NCBI GenBank assembly: GCA_044070495.1
Contig: JBIPSI010000003.1
Span: forward strand, 173,894-237,893
Source of the DNA: Spirulina sp.
GTDB lineage: Bacteria > Cyanobacteriota > Cyanobacteriia > Phormidesmidales > Phormidesmidaceae
Reading direction: 5' to 3'
Length of the DNA: 64,000 nucleotides
The position numbers and the translations under genes were made by a program. The stretch's first letter is position 1, and every line of letters begins with the position of its first letter. Shown piece by piece: positions 10,238 to 22,377 of the stretch. A model generated the notes under the pieces. It searched no databases and had not been told where the DNA came from. It saw nothing but the letters and a program-made list of their open reading frames with translations.

Positions 10238-10645
10238 CTACTTGATACCTTCAGCGGCCTGAAGTTTGGCACGGGCACGTTTTACAGCTTGGCGGGCTTG
10301 GATGACGGCTTGCTTGTCGTCTTCCTTTACTTGGCCAAGGCGAGCTTCGGCCTCTTCAAAGGCGGTACGGGCCGCAGCGGGATCGATGTTCTCGCCACGC
10401 TCAGCTCCGTTCACCAGAATGGTGACTTCGTTGGTATCAACCTCGGCAAACCCACCCATGAGAGCAATGGGAATCCAGGTTTTATCAGATCGCACCCGCA
10501 TCACGCCGATATCCAGCGCGGTCATTAGGGGGGCGTGGCCAGCCAGAATACCGAGCTGACCCGTGGTGCTGGGTAGGATGACCTCCTCAGCTTCGGAATC
10601 CCAGACGGTTTTGTCTGGGGCAATCACGCGAACGGTTAAGGCCAT
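10238..10645 (-). CDS. atpC: ATP synthase F1 epsilon subunit
   Basis: [17 protein letters not shown] and MGGFAEV motifs; follows the beta subunit. Confidence 0.97.
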   Translation of the reverse strand: MALTVRVIAPDKTVWDSEAEEVILPSTTGQLGILAGHAPLMTALDIGVMRVRSDKTWIPIALMGGFAEVDTNEVTILVNGAERGENIDPAAARTAFEEAEARLGQVKEDDKQAVIQARQAVKRARAKLQAAEGIK

Positions 10646-10699
10646 AGCAATACTGCAAATGAGGTGGATGGTCGAGAAAGAAGGTGACAGACGTGGTTG

Positions 10700-10804
10700 G
10701 CCCTTACCCTAAATCCTTCTCCGAGGGGAGATCCCCCTAAATCCCCCTTAAAAAGGGTGACTTTGAATTCGGTTCCCCCTTCATAAGGGGGGCTAGGGGG
10801 GATC
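10700..10804. repeat. Composite of small palindromic repeats in the atpD-atpC spacer
   Basis: GCCCTTACCCT..TCTCC..GGGGAG followed by inverted pair GATCCCCCTAAATCCCCCTTAAAAAGGG / CCCCCTTCATAAGGGGGGCTAGGGGGGATC. Confidence 0.8.
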
Positions 10805-10865
10805 AACCCTTGGGGCAAGACGGATCACATAGACGGTGAGGGTAACCTGCCTTCAGGGAGAGGGT

Positions 10866-12338
<1,473 letters not shown>

Positions 12339-12595
12339 TCAGCTAGTTTGGCGGCTTCTATGTCACTGTTACATTCCAAAGCGCCATCATTCAGATTATC
12401 ACTAGAGTGCAACGCCCCACGATGATTCTACGGACTTTGTGGAGCGGATCGACCAAATCCTTCTGTCAACTGGGTTACGGTCTAATTCAGTAGAGAGCGT
12501 TGCTAGACGTTCACTGGATTGTCCAGAAAGCTAGCGTTGAGCCAAGGCTTACCGTTTCTTCCTACCTCTTGGCCGAGGATCGATTTCCGACTCAA

Positions 12596-12647
12596 CCTGG
12601 CCTGCTCACCCCCAGTATCAGCGGGCGAGGAGACCTCTCCCCTACGG
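12596..12647 (-). repeat. GTAG-type REP with conserved tail (long REP family, copy 1)
   Basis: ggcctgctcacccccagtatcagcgggcgaggagacctctcccctac matches the reverse complement of 48028-48085 and matches 54481-54537. Confidence 0.75.
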
Positions 12648-12687
12648 ATTGTCGGGCTGGGAAGCGAGGTTTTCCAATTCAGACTTT

Positions 12688-13314
12688 CTATCCTTCCACT
12701 CCAAGGATGGCTTGGGCCGTTAGGTTTAGGCTGGGAAAGATAGACGACGTAATGCGTTGATCGCCGCGCAGGAGTTGCCGATCATAACGTCCCTCTGCGT
12801 TCAATAGGCAGACGGTTAGCGTGGGTTGTTTGGGCCGACCAATGAAGAACTCGCCGCCAAGACCTTGATAGTCGGCAATCCAGTATTCTGGGATGCCCAG
12901 CAGAGCGTAGTCTTCGAGCTTACGGGCATAGTCGTTTTGCCAATTGCTGCTGACGACCTCTGCCACAAATTTGATCGTGTTGCCAAGGGTGACGACGGGT
13001 TGGCTGGCCCACAGCGGCTCTTCGGCCAAGGCGGCGCGGTCTAGGACGATCACATCAGGCCGAAACCCAGTCTGGTTGGCGAGGGGTTTGATCAAGCAGC
13101 GATGAGGGATGAAGTAATCGGCCCCCTGCTGGACGATGTCGTAATTAAGCCAGCGGGCGATGGTCGCCGCCACTTCTTCATGGGGGCCAGTTGGTTCCAA
13201 GTCAAATAGCTCTCCGTCAATGAGTTCGTAGCGGCTGTCGTCACCATACCGAGCCAGGAAATCCTCAAAGCTCAGGGCAATGGGTTGGATGGGGAGATCG
13301 CTTGCGAGTGCCAT
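12688..13314 (-). CDS. Uma2 (DUF820) family endonuclease
   Basis: YELIDG, RPD, AEVVS and DY..KL..Y..LGIPEYWI motifs. Confidence 0.92.
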   Translation of the reverse strand: MALASDLPIQPIALSFEDFLARYGDDSRYELIDGELFDLEPTGPHEEVAATIARWLNYDIVQQGADYFIPHRCLIKPLANQTGFRPDVIVLDRAALAEEPLWASQPVVTLGNTIKFVAEVVSSNWQNDYARKLEDYALLGIPEYWIADYQGLGGEFFIGRPKQPTLTVCLLNAEGRYDRQLLRGDQRITSSIFPSLNLTAQAILGVEG

Positions 13315-13558
13315 GGTTGCTCTGACGGCCCTGGGGGTGCTATGGGCGAACGGTAAGCTCTGTATCAGTTTATCGTGATCGCCTCAGGCTAGGCGATCTC
13401 CTCGCCAGCGCCGTCATCCCTGCGGCAACTGTGCCAACATGTTCTTGGGAGACCGAATAAACCGACAGCTTTGCCGTGCGCCCTGCCGCCACGGATGGGC
13501 CAGGTATGATGAGTCTTAAGGTTGCCGAATTCTGGGCCTACTGGCCAGGTGTGCTGCA

Positions 13559-14113
13559 ATGACTGTGACGATTGCCCGCTGGACTCTGGCTGACTACCAC
13601 CACCTGGTGCAAGCTGGCCTGTTGGAAGGTCGGTCGCTTGAATTGCTGAACGGGTTGATTGTCGAAATGCCGCCAGAAGGGCCAGAACATGCCGATGCCT
13701 CAACTCGCTTGATGCCGCTACTCTGGGGGGTGGCCCAGGGGCGTTATCAGGTGAGGGCGGCTAAGCCCATCAGTATCCCCTCCAGCGATAGCGAACCGGA
13801 ACCCGATATTGCCCTGGTGCGTGATCGCTCATACCGAAGCGCCCACCCACACCCTGAGGAGATTTTTCTAGTCATTGAATTTTCTAACACGAGTCTGGCT
13901 AAAGACACTGAAGATAAACCGCTGGTTTACGCCCAGGCCGGGATTGCAGACTACTGGGTGGTGAATTTACGAGATCGCTGTGTCATGCTCTACCGCCGCC
14001 CTGCCGAAGGTCGTTATCAATCTGAGCAAACACTGTTCTCCGGAGAAATTGCTCCGCTGGCATTTCCCGATGTCACGGTCAATATAGCCCGCTTGCTGGC
14101 TCACGAGTCCTGA
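13559..14113 (+). CDS. Uma2 (DUF820) family endonuclease
   Basis: ELLNG.IVEM.PEG..H, EPEPDI, VIEFS and K..VYAQAGI.DYWVV motifs. Confidence 0.92.
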   Translation: MTVTIARWTLADYHHLVQAGLLEGRSLELLNGLIVEMPPEGPEHADASTRLMPLLWGVAQGRYQVRAAKPISIPSSDSEPEPDIALVRDRSYRSAHPHPEEIFLVIEFSNTSLAKDTEDKPLVYAQAGIADYWVVNLRDRCVMLYRRPAEGRYQSEQTLFSGEIAPLAFPDVTVNIARLLAHES

Positions 14114-14220
14114 CCTGGGGCTATACCGCTTGCAAGTGCCCTGGTTGCTCTGGCGGCCCTGGAGAATGGGATAGCCTGGGATAGGCAAAGACTAGCGTTG
14201 CTTCGTCGCTTACTCAGTCT

Positions 14221-14389
14221 CAGTAGATCACAAAGTCAGATCACAAAGTCCCCCTAACCCTCACCCCCAGCCCCTCTCCCAGGAGGGAGAGGGGAGCTAG
14301 AACGCCCCTCAAAGTCCCTCTCCCACGTTGGGAGAGGGATTTAGGGTGAGGGCCAGATCCGCGCAATCGAGCAAGTTTGTGATCTACTG
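14221..14389. mobile_element. MITE (169 bp) with 14-bp perfect TIRs and 5-bp TSD, carrying two inverted palindromic repeats
   Basis: TIRs CAGTAGATCACAAA / TTTGTGATCTACTG; AGTCT duplicated at 14216-14220 and 14390-14394. Confidence 0.85.
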
Positions 14390-14577
14390 AGTCTATCGTG
14401 ATCGCCGCATGGCCCCAGCCACCGCCCCAGTTCGCGCTAGGGTCATGGTGCGTTAGCTATCTGAGGGAGGGAATGAAGCGTGAAGAATGGGACGATGGCG
14501 ACCAATTTGGGAACGCTACAGGAATCAGCCGCCAGGGCTGTGTAGGGTCTCCTAAGTCGTTTTGGTCAACCCCAGCC

Positions 14578-15324
14578 ATGATGCAACGTCTTCAGCATTT
14601 AACCAATACCTTGCAAACCCAATGGTCTTACAACTCCAGCGCCCGTGGCACCGCCAAAATGGCCGCTGGGGCTATCTTAATCGCCGAAGGGGTGTTTGGC
14701 GTTAGCCGATCCCTCATCAGGGGACGACGCCCTAGTAACGGTGGTAGTGGCCTGTTTGGCAGTGCCGTCGGAGTTGTTGCGGGAGGCTTTTTCATGGGGG
14801 TCGGTTTGATGATCGCTCCCCGCCCCTTTGCGGATGAAATCGTCATCACCGGGGAAATTGTGCAGGTAGACCGGGTCACCGACAGCGACGGCGACACCCT
14901 CTACCGCCCCGTGTATGGCTATACCGTCAACGATCAGACCTATCAGTTCAACTCATCGGTGCGATCCAGCCATCGGCCTAGCATTGGCTATCCGGTCACC
15001 ATCGGCTACTCGGAGTCGGCCCCGGACAATGCCCGCCGTCTGGATGGGATGGATGGCCACTTCCATCTGATTTTTGTCGGAATCGGGGGCCTAGTGATGG
15101 TGTTTTCTCTAGTCAGCCTGGGCGTTAGCATCGTGCTGATTGTAGTCGGTGTCCGGTTGATCATGGCCGGACGGCAGGATCGCCAAATTGCAGGCCACAA
15201 TACCAGCCTGATGGAGGATATCTTCTCTCTGACCCAGCGGGCCAACAACGGCGAGATCGACATTCACCACACTGCCGCTGGCCAAACCGGACAGAACCAG
15301 GGCGACTTTGAATGGAAAGCCTGA
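14578..15324 (+). CDS. DUF3592-like membrane protein
   Basis: TM helices flank a beta domain (G.IV....D.DG..YRPVYGY...G..V.I.Y....P..AR). Confidence 0.75.
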   Translation: MMQRLQHLTNTLQTQWSYNSSARGTAKMAAGAILIAEGVFGVSRSLIRGRRPSNGGSGLFGSAVGVVAGGFFMGVGLMIAPRPFADEIVITGEIVQVDRVTDSDGDTLYRPVYGYTVNDQTYQFNSSVRSSHRPSIGYPVTIGYSESAPDNARRLDGMDGHFHLIFVGIGGLVMVFSLVSLGVSIVLIVVGVRLIMAGRQDRQIAGHNTSLMEDIFSLTQRANNGEIDIHHTAAGQTGQNQGDFEWKA

Positions 15325-15395
15325 TGCGCCTTGCCCTTAACCTAGTGTTTAGGTTGGGAAGATAGAATGCAGGCATCGGTTCGATTAGGCAGGCA

Positions 15396-17579
15396 ATGGC
15401 GAAGGCAAAGGCAAAGGACAGCGAGGTCAAGGCAGAGGAATCCTCGGCGGCGGCCATCAATTTGGCGGATCCTCAGTACTACGTTAACCGCGAGCTGAGC
15501 TGGCTAGATTTTAACGAGCGGGTGCTAAACGAAGCCCTGGATCCGCGCACGCCGCTGATCGAGCGGCTGAAGTTTTTGGCTATTTACAGCTCCAACCTAG
15601 ACGAATTTTTCATGGTGCGTATTTCCGGCGTCATGGAACAGATTGATGCCGATGTGCATCCCAAAACCCCCGATGGCCTGTCGCCCAAAAAGCAGTTGGT
15701 GGCCATGCGGGCGCATTTATTGGAAAAAGTCGCCCTTCAGCACCGCACCTTCGAGCAGGAACTCCGCCCCGCCCTCACCCAGCACGGGGTGCATCTGCTG
15801 AACTATGCCGATCTCAGCGCGGATCAGCAGCAGTTTTTGCGAGATTACTTTGAAAAACGCATTTTTCCGGTGCTGACTCCCCTCAGCGTGGATCCGGCCC
15901 ATCCCTTCCCCCGCATGTCGAACCTGAGCCTGAATTTGGCGGTGCGAGTGGTCAATCCCGAAAATGGCCAAGAGCGATTTGCACGGGTGAAGGTGCCTAG
16001 CAACCTACCTCGGTTTGTGGGGATGCCAGAGGCCCTTTGCCATTACCAGGGCAAAGATTGCGTATGGGTTGGCGTCCCCCTAGAGCAGATTATTTCTGAG
16101 AATTTAGATGCTCTCTTTCCGGGCATGAGCATCGGCGGACACCACGCCTTTCGCATTACCCGCGATGCCGATTTTCCGGTGCTGGAAGAAGAGGCCGACG
16201 ACCTACTCATTGCCATTGAACAGGAAATTAGCAAGCGACGCCTGGAAGGATTTATCTGCCGCCTAGAGATCGAGCAAAGTATGCCCGAAGATCTGCGCCA
16301 GGGGATTATGCGCGAGCTGGCCGTGAGTGATGATCGGGTGTACGACATTGATGGCATGTTAAGCCTCAAGGATCTCTTCTTCTTCCTTTCCTTACCCCTG
16401 CCAGAACTGAAGGATACCCCTTGGTCTGCCCTCACGCCGCCCCGCCTGAAGCCCGTCATCGAAGTAGAAGAAGATGGCTATGCAGAGCAGGCTCCCGATA
16501 TTTTTGCGGCCATTCGTCAGGGCGATATCTTAGTGCATCATCCCTACGAATCTTTCAAGGCATCCGTCCAGGAATTTATTACCCAGGCGGCGAATGATCC
16601 GAAGGTTCTCGCCATTAAAATTACCCTCTATCGCACCTCCGGGGATTCCCCAATTGTGAAGGCGCTGATCAACGCTGCGGCTAACCGTAAACAGGTGGTG
16701 GCTTTAGTCGAACTGAAAGCCCGCTTTGATGAGGCCAACAATATTGTCTGGGCCAAGCGCCTAGAGGATGCCGGAGTGCATGTGGTCTACGGCGTGGTGG
16801 GGCTAAAAACCCACACCAAAACCACCCTAGTGGTGCGGGAGGAGGGCGATGAAATTCGCCGCTATGTCCACATTGGCACCGGAAACTATAACCCCAAAAC
16901 CTCCAGCCTCTATACCGATTTGGGGCTGTTTAGCTGTCGGGAAGATCTAGGTGCTGACCTCACAGATCTATTCAATTTCCTCACCGGATACTCCCGTCAG
17001 CAAGCCTACCGCAAGCTGTTAGTGGCACCCCTGACTCTGCGGGATCGCATGGAAGGACTCATTCGCCGGGAAATTGACCTGGCCCACAGTGGCAAACCAG
17101 GAAAGATGATTGCCAAAATGAATTCCCTCGTAGACGGCAGAATCATTCGGTTGCTCTACGAAGCCTCCCAGGCAGGGGTCGAAATTGATCTGATTATTCG
17201 CGGCATTTGTTGTCTGCGTCCTGGTGTTCCTGGGGTCAGCGAAAATATTCGAGTGATCAGCGTCATCGGGCGCTTTTTGGAACATTCGCGCATCTTCTAT
17301 TTCTATAACGACGGACAGCCCGAATACTACATTGGCAGCGCCGACTGGATGACCCGTAACCTGGATCGTCGGGTGGAGGCCATTACCCCCGTGGAAGACC
17401 CGGCGCTGGTGAAGGAATTGCAGAACATTTTGCAGATTGCCCTGGCCGACAATCGCCAAGCCTGGGACATGGCCGCCGATGGCACCTTTACCCAACGCCG
17501 CCCCGCCGAAGGTGAGGAAGAACGCGGCACCCACAACACCCTCATGGCCCTGGCCCTGAAGCGGGATCGGTCTTGCTAG
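15396..17579 (+). CDS. ppk1: Polyphosphate kinase 1
   Basis: NRELSWL.FN.RVL, TLYRT, ELKARFDE, KTHTK, GTGNYN and SADWM.RN motifs. Confidence 0.98.
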   Translation: MAKAKAKDSEVKAEESSAAAINLADPQYYVNRELSWLDFNERVLNEALDPRTPLIERLKFLAIYSSNLDEFFMVRISGVMEQIDADVHPKTPDGLSPKKQLVAMRAHLLEKVALQHRTFEQELRPALTQHGVHLLNYADLSADQQQFLRDYFEKRIFPVLTPLSVDPAHPFPRMSNLSLNLAVRVVNPENGQERFARVKVPSNLPRFVGMPEALCHYQGKDCVWVGVPLEQIISENLDALFPGMSIGGHHAFRITRDADFPVLEEEADDLLIAIEQEISKRRLEGFICRLEIEQSMPEDLRQGIMRELAVSDDRVYDIDGMLSLKDLFFFLSLPLPELKDTPWSALTPPRLKPVIEVEEDGYAEQAPDIFAAIRQGDILVHHPYESFKASVQEFITQAANDPKVLAIKITLYRTSGDSPIVKALINAAANRKQVVALVELKARFDEANNIVWAKRLEDAGVHVVYGVVGLKTHTKTTLVVREEGDEIRRYVHIGTGNYNPKTSSLYTDLGLFSCREDLGADLTDLFNFLTGYSRQQAYRKLLVAPLTLRDRMEGLIRREIDLAHSGKPGKMIAKMNSLVDGRIIRLLYEASQAGVEIDLIIRGICCLRPGVPGVSENIRVISVIGRFLEHSRIFYFYNDGQPEYYIGSADWMTRNLDRRVEAITPVEDPALVKELQNILQIALADNRQAWDMAADGTFTQRRPAEGEEERGTHNTLMALALKRDRSC

Positions 17580-17633
17580 GTAGAGGCTTTTGTCTGGGTT
17601 GACGCTTCCGCCATTCGGGGCAAACCCCGCTAA

Positions 17634-17764
17634 GAGGGCGTTTGAAAAGGGTTGCCTCAGGTGCGATTGGTCGCTAGATCGGTGCAAATCTACGGGATTT
17701 TTGACGACTGAGGCTGACCTCATCGGTATAACTTGGGACGAGCTTCAGCTTTTCAAACGGCCTC
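17634..17764. mobile_element. MITE (131 bp), IS5-like ends, 3-bp TAA TSD
   Basis: GAGGGCGTTTGAAAAG / CTTTTCAAACGGCCTC (15 of 16 match); TAA at 17631-17633 and 17765-17767. Confidence 0.8.
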
Positions 17765-18345
17765 TAAGACAGGAAAAGGCCACTTTCCGAGCAAATCCCC
17801 CGCAGGGGCCGATCCCACACATCCCTAGGCAGGCTGGGCAGACGTGCATACTCAAACACAATGCCCACCGTGGGCACATTGCGCCAGGTCGGTTGGCTCA
17901 GCATTCGGTCGTAGTATCCAGCTCCATAGCCTAGCCGATAGCCCTTCACATCGCAGGCCACCGCAGGCACCAAAATCAAATCCACTAGGCTGGCCTCCAC
18001 TAGGGGCGATTCTGGGTGAGGTTCCAAAATGCCGTAGGCTCCCTTGGTGAGGGGCCAATGTCCCTGGGGTGTCCAGAGGTGCCAGGACAGAGTTTTGCCC
18101 ACACAGCGGGGTAGCCCCCAGTGGGTATGAATCTGCGTCAACGGGCTAAGGTCGGGTTCTTGGCGAAAGCTGGTGTAGGCCAAAATCACCCGACAACGGC
18201 GGAAATAGTCCCAGCGGGAGAGGTGATCGCAAATTTGGTCGCTCTTTTGCCGCCACACTTGGGCCGGAATGCTTTGCCGCGCCTTCAGCAATCGGCGACG
18301 CAGGTCGGCTTTGGCTTCGCGGTTCAGTTCGGCGGGGGTGGGCAC
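17764..18345 (-). CDS. 5-formyltetrahydrofolate cyclo-ligase
   Basis: K..LR..LL..R, YGILEP and VPAVACD..GYRLGYGAGYYDR motifs. Confidence 0.93.
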   Translation of the reverse strand: MPTPAELNREAKADLRRRLLKARQSIPAQVWRQKSDQICDHLSRWDYFRRCRVILAYTSFRQEPDLSPLTQIHTHWGLPRCVGKTLSWHLWTPQGHWPLTKGAYGILEPHPESPLVEASLVDLILVPAVACDVKGYRLGYGAGYYDRMLSQPTWRNVPTVGIVFEYARLPSLPRDVWDRPLRGICSESGLFLS

Positions 18346-18488
18346 AGGGAAGACGGACTGGAAGATTGCGGGCGGGGGAAGAAAAGGTTGCAGCCCTGGG
18401 ACAGAGCGGTGTAGGACTGGCTAGCGATAGCGTAACGCATCAACACCCCAGATCGAACCCTGGAATCTGGGTCTTGGGATGCTTGGTT

Positions 18489-18929
18489 CTACGGCAATCG
18501 ATAGCTGGCCACTCTAACTGTCAAATCACCCTCCTGGGGGTTGTGGCTGAAGACGAAACTGCCCGCCTTGGTTTCGTGGCCGGAGAGGAAGTCGATTTGT
18601 TGTTCTCCGGTTTCGTCCTCGGCATTGGGGATATGCAGTTCGGCGGTGACCTGGACGCCGTTGGCAATGCGACCCCCGGTGTTGGTGATGGCGAAGGGCA
18701 CATAGTAGCGGCCATCGGTGATGCGGATGGCATCGGAGACGGCTACATCAAAGGCCGGGGGGCGGCTTTGGTTCACCTGCCAGTCGTAGAGAATCAGGCT
18801 AACCAGCGCCAGCAAAATCAGGGCAGACACCCAAAAGGTGACCCATTCCGCCAAGGATCGACGGGTGAAGCCCTGGGCATCCAAAGGGGTCGGGGGTGGG
18901 GATGGGGAGGAATGGTTCAGCAGACTCAT
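18489..18929 (-). CDS. TIGR02588-like protein
   Basis: AEWVTF TM segment, F.ITNTGG..A..VQV and IDFL; coupled to the TIGR02587-like gene. Confidence 0.82.
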   Translation of the reverse strand: MSLLNHSSPSPPPTPLDAQGFTRRSLAEWVTFWVSALILLALVSLILYDWQVNQSRPPAFDVAVSDAIRITDGRYYVPFAITNTGGRIANGVQVTAELHIPNAEDETGEQQIDFLSGHETKAGSFVFSHNPQEGDLTVRVASYRLP

Positions 18930-19816
18930 TAGATTAGAATACGCCCTGCGGCCCCCCCAATGGAGGCGGGTAGACCGAGGACGATAGTGTTGCCCAGCCA
19001 CTCTTGCCAGGGGTCGGTGAGGTTGAGCTGCTGAAATAGCACTAGCATCACCACAGAAATCAATAGCGCCACCAGGTAGGCCGCCAGGGTTTCGGTGATG
19101 GGGCTAAAGAGCAGCCCCCGCTGGAGCCGTTCGCTGCGGTCGGTGAAGCCGGAGGCAAACACAATGGCGTAGGACAGGCCCAGAGAAGCGACCATAATCA
19201 GCAGCAGCCACAGGGAGGGCAGCGACGAGGCAATCAGGGGCACTTCCTCGGTGGGGGCAATACTGAAGGCAATCAGCACCGCACCGATCAGGGTGGCATC
19301 GAGATCCACCAGGGCATCCCGCACGGTGGCTAGGGTGGGGGAGGAAAAGTGGCGGGACAGGGGGGCCGTGGTGCGACGGTCGCGAACCTTGCGGCCCTGA
19401 AAGGTAGACCGGGCCAGGGCCACCCCCAGGGAAAAGGGCACCGCCTCAAACACCAGTTTGCCCAGGGCTTCCGCCAAAGGTGTGGCTAGGGTGATGCGCC
19501 GCAACAGCACCAGGGCCAGGGCGGCACAAATCACCCCAATCCCCACCGCTTCAATGCTTTCCATGACGGCCTCTAGGGGATGCAAACTCAGGGTTTGGCG
19601 AAAGCCTTCTACTTGGGTGAGCAACCATGCCACCAACAGCGTGGCCCCCAGCACCGCCAGCAACCACCAGGCCCCCGTCGCCGACCCAATTGACCAAACC
19701 TCGACGGTGTAGAGCAAGGGCACCCCAAACAAAAAGCCCCCCGCCGCCCCCCGCACCACGGCCTGAAGTTCTAGGGGCCACATAGAGGTTAGCTTGGTCT
19801 GGGCCTCAGAATGCAT
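18929..19816 (-). CDS. TIGR02587 (DUF2391) membrane protein
   Basis: GGFLFGVPLLYT.EVW, IAPTEEV and LGLPASIGGAAGR motifs. Confidence 0.85.
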   Translation of the reverse strand: MHSEAQTKLTSMWPLELQAVVRGAAGGFLFGVPLLYTVEVWSIGSATGAWWLLAVLGATLLVAWLLTQVEGFRQTLSLHPLEAVMESIEAVGIGVICAALALVLLRRITLATPLAEALGKLVFEAVPFSLGVALARSTFQGRKVRDRRTTAPLSRHFSSPTLATVRDALVDLDATLIGAVLIAFSIAPTEEVPLIASSLPSLWLLLIMVASLGLSYAIVFASGFTDRSERLQRGLLFSPITETLAAYLVALLISVVMLVLFQQLNLTDPWQEWLGNTIVLGLPASIGGAAGRILI

Positions 19817-20029
19817 GGGTGGTTCTCCTGCGGCAATTTATTTACCCTAGCGCACCGTTTCGTCAGGAAACAGGGACACTTCGATAAAGTTGCCCCCAAC
19901 GTTGACCCACGGTGCCAAGACGTTGCCCCCCTGTAACCGGGCTGGATTCCGCCTGTGGGAGCCGACACAAAACCGTGGATACCCTGCAAACGGGTAGGAT
20001 AGAGCCATGACCCTGACCTGGAGGTGCCC

Positions 20030-20671
20030 ATGGCAAAAATCGCGGTAATTGACTATGACATGGGAAACCTGCACTCGGCCTGTAAGGGGTTGGCCTTGGC
20101 TGGGGCAATTCCCCAAATCACCGACCACGCCGCTGATTTAGAGGCCGCCGATGCCCTGGTGTTGCCGGGGGATGGGGCCTTCGATCCGGCCATGCAGCAC
20201 CTCCATCGGCGGGATTTGGTGCAGCCGATTAAAGATGCCATTGCCAGCGGCAAGCCCTTTCTGGGGATTTGTCTAGGGCTTCAATTGTTGTTCGACTATA
20301 GTGACGAAGGGACGGAAGCCGGACTGGGGCTGATTCCGGGCCACATTAAAAAGTTTCAGAAGGAACCGGAAATCACCATTCCCCACATGGGCTGGAACCA
20401 ACTGACCCTCACCCAGCCCGATACGCCCCTGTGGCAGGGCCTCCAGACCGGAGATTGGGTGTATTTTGTCCATTCCTACTATGCGGCTCCTAGCGACCCT
20501 TCGGTGATTGCGGCCACCACCACCCACGGCAGCCAAACGGTGACGGCGGCCATCGCCAAGGACAACCTTATGGCCATGCAGTATCACCCCGAAAAATCGG
20601 CCCCGGCTGGGCTAACGATGCTGGATAACTTTGTGGCCTTGGTGAAGCAACACAAGGCCGCCTCATCCTAA
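20030..20671 (+). CDS. hisH: Imidazole glycerol phosphate synthase glutaminase subunit
   Basis: IDYDMGNLHS, GICLG, PHMGWN, YFVHSY and HPEKS motifs. Confidence 0.97.
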   Translation: MAKIAVIDYDMGNLHSACKGLALAGAIPQITDHAADLEAADALVLPGDGAFDPAMQHLHRRDLVQPIKDAIASGKPFLGICLGLQLLFDYSDEGTEAGLGLIPGHIKKFQKEPEITIPHMGWNQLTLTQPDTPLWQGLQTGDWVYFVHSYYAAPSDPSVIAATTTHGSQTVTAAIAKDNLMAMQYHPEKSAPAGLTMLDNFVALVKQHKAASS

Positions 20672-20699
20672 ATCCAGGTTGTTTGCCCTTGGCATCGGC

Positions 20700-20722
20700 G
20701 GGCGAGGAAACCTCGCCCCTAC
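20700..20722 (-). repeat. GTAG REP (core only)
   Basis: Reverse strand reads GTAGGGGCGAGGTTTCCTCGCCC, a hairpin. Confidence 0.75.
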
Positions 20723-20773
20723 CGCTGATTTCCTCCACGTCCTAGCCATTTTCCTAGATCCCTCTTGCCTTTT

Positions 20774-21349
20774 ATGCTGCGTATCTACGGCAATCGCGCC
20801 CTCAAAACCCTGCCCGGTGAAGCCACTCGGCCCACCTCCGCCCGGGTGCGGGAGGCACTGTTTAACATCTGGCAGGGGCGGGTGGCGGGGTGTCGCTGGT
20901 TGGATCTCTGTGCGGGCAGTGGGGCCATGGGGGCCGAGGCCCTGTGTCGGGGAGCCGCTGAGGTGGTGGGCATTGAGCAATCGGGGGATGCCTATGCCGT
21001 GGTGCGCGAAAACTGGCAGCGAGTGGCCCAGCCGAATCAAACCATCCGCCTGTTTAAGGGCGATGTGGTGAAACAACTCTCGCGGCTGAAGCAGCAACCC
21101 TTTGACCTGATTTACTTTGACCCCCCCTACACCAGCGATCTTTATCCAGCGGTTCTTGAGCGCGTCGTGAAATACGGGCTGCTAACGCCCACCGGAGAAA
21201 TCGCCGTGGAGCATGGGGCCAACGGCTGGCAACCCACCGAGATTTCGGGGCTGGCTCTGGTGCGCCAAAAACACTACGGCACCACCCACCTTGCCTTCTA
21301 TGCCCCCAAGGACCTTCCCCTAGGGGCTACCCCTTCCCTGGAAAGCTAG
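20774..21349 (+). CDS. rsmD: 16S rRNA m2G966 methyltransferase
   Basis: TRPT..RVREALFN, LDLCAGSG and DPPY motifs. Confidence 0.95.
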   Translation: MLRIYGNRALKTLPGEATRPTSARVREALFNIWQGRVAGCRWLDLCAGSGAMGAEALCRGAAEVVGIEQSGDAYAVVRENWQRVAQPNQTIRLFKGDVVKQLSRLKQQPFDLIYFDPPYTSDLYPAVLERVVKYGLLTPTGEIAVEHGANGWQPTEISGLALVRQKHYGTTHLAFYAPKDLPLGATPSLES

Positions 21350-21417
21350 GCTTGTCTTGGCGATCAAGATAAACGGACACCCCATGATCCCAGGCCAGTG
21401 AGCAAGAGGAGCGATCC

Positions 21418-22089
21418 ATGTGTTTTTCGGTAGCGGCTAGCGTTGCGGCCAGTGCGGTGCTGATTCCCACCGGAATCTATGGTCTTGGCCTCGCCCGCAC
21501 CAGATCAGCCTACTGGCCCCTGGCCTTGGTGCCCTTGGCCTTCGGCCTTCAGCAGGGGTTTGAGGGCATCGTCTGGTGGGGGATGAACGCCAATGACCTG
21601 ACGATGGCGCGGGTGGGAGCGCTGTTGTTTCTCTTTTTCTCCCATTGGTTTTGGTTGGTTTGGCTACCGTTTCTAGCGCTGCATTTAGAAACCCATCCAC
21701 GAATGCAGGCCATCGACCGCTGCTTGATGGGCTTGGGTGCCCTATACGGGGCGTTTCTATATTTGCCGTTACTCTGGCATCCAGACTGGGTTTCGGTAAC
21801 GGTGATTCAGCATTCCATTGAGTACCAGGCTCACTTTATTGGCGAGTCGATTCCGGTGGTGTTCTCCCGTCTTTTATATACGTCAATTCTGTTGATACCG
21901 CTGATGTTTTCGTCTGAGCTAGACATCAGAATTTGGGGAGGCTTAATCGCCTTGCTAGCCTGCGTTAGCTATCTTGTGTTTAACTATGCCTTTGTTTCAA
22001 TCTGGTGTTTTCTAGCGGCCCTGCTATCGCTTTGTGTGGTGTTTATGCTCGGCAAGGTGCAACCGAGTTTGCCAGAACGTTTTGGGTAG
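21418..22089 (+). CDS. DUF6629-like multi-pass membrane protein
   Basis: MCFS..AS start, QQ..EG.VW and SIWCF.AA motifs. Confidence 0.8.
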   Translation: MCFSVAASVAASAVLIPTGIYGLGLARTRSAYWPLALVPLAFGLQQGFEGIVWWGMNANDLTMARVGALLFLFFSHWFWLVWLPFLALHLETHPRMQAIDRCLMGLGALYGAFLYLPLLWHPDWVSVTVIQHSIEYQAHFIGESIPVVFSRLLYTSILLIPLMFSSELDIRIWGGLIALLACVSYLVFNYAFVSIWCFLAALLSLCVVFMLGKVQPSLPERFG

Positions 22090-22119
22090 GCGATCGGTTG
22101 GGGTGTATCCCGGTCTTAA

Positions 22120-22218
22120 GTAGGATGTGTTAGGCGCAGCCGTAGCGCATCACAACCTTGGTCAGCATGGGTTAGGCGAATGCTTGTGCCATCGCTACGC
22201 CAACGCTCACCCATCCCA
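22120..22218. repeat. Degenerate inverted GTAG-REP pair (REPIN-like)
   Basis: GTAGGATGTGTTAGGCGCAGCCGTAGCGCATC followed by inverted cgctacgc..cgctcacccatcc. Confidence 0.5.
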
Positions 22219-22377
22219 GGGATCTACAGCGCGACAGGGAAAGGGTTGGGGACAGGGGGCCGAGGCCACCGTTCGCAACGGGTGGTTTGCAACGCTTTGA
22301 CACAGGCTTCTATCACCGCCAGATTCGAGATTTATACTACACGGTATCGTTAAACTCAGACTGCCAGAGGATTTCCT

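Noticed and set aside
10636..10818. 60-aa ORF in the atpD-atpC spacer
   Set aside because: It is read off the palindromic repeat composite, has no good start, and overlaps atpC.
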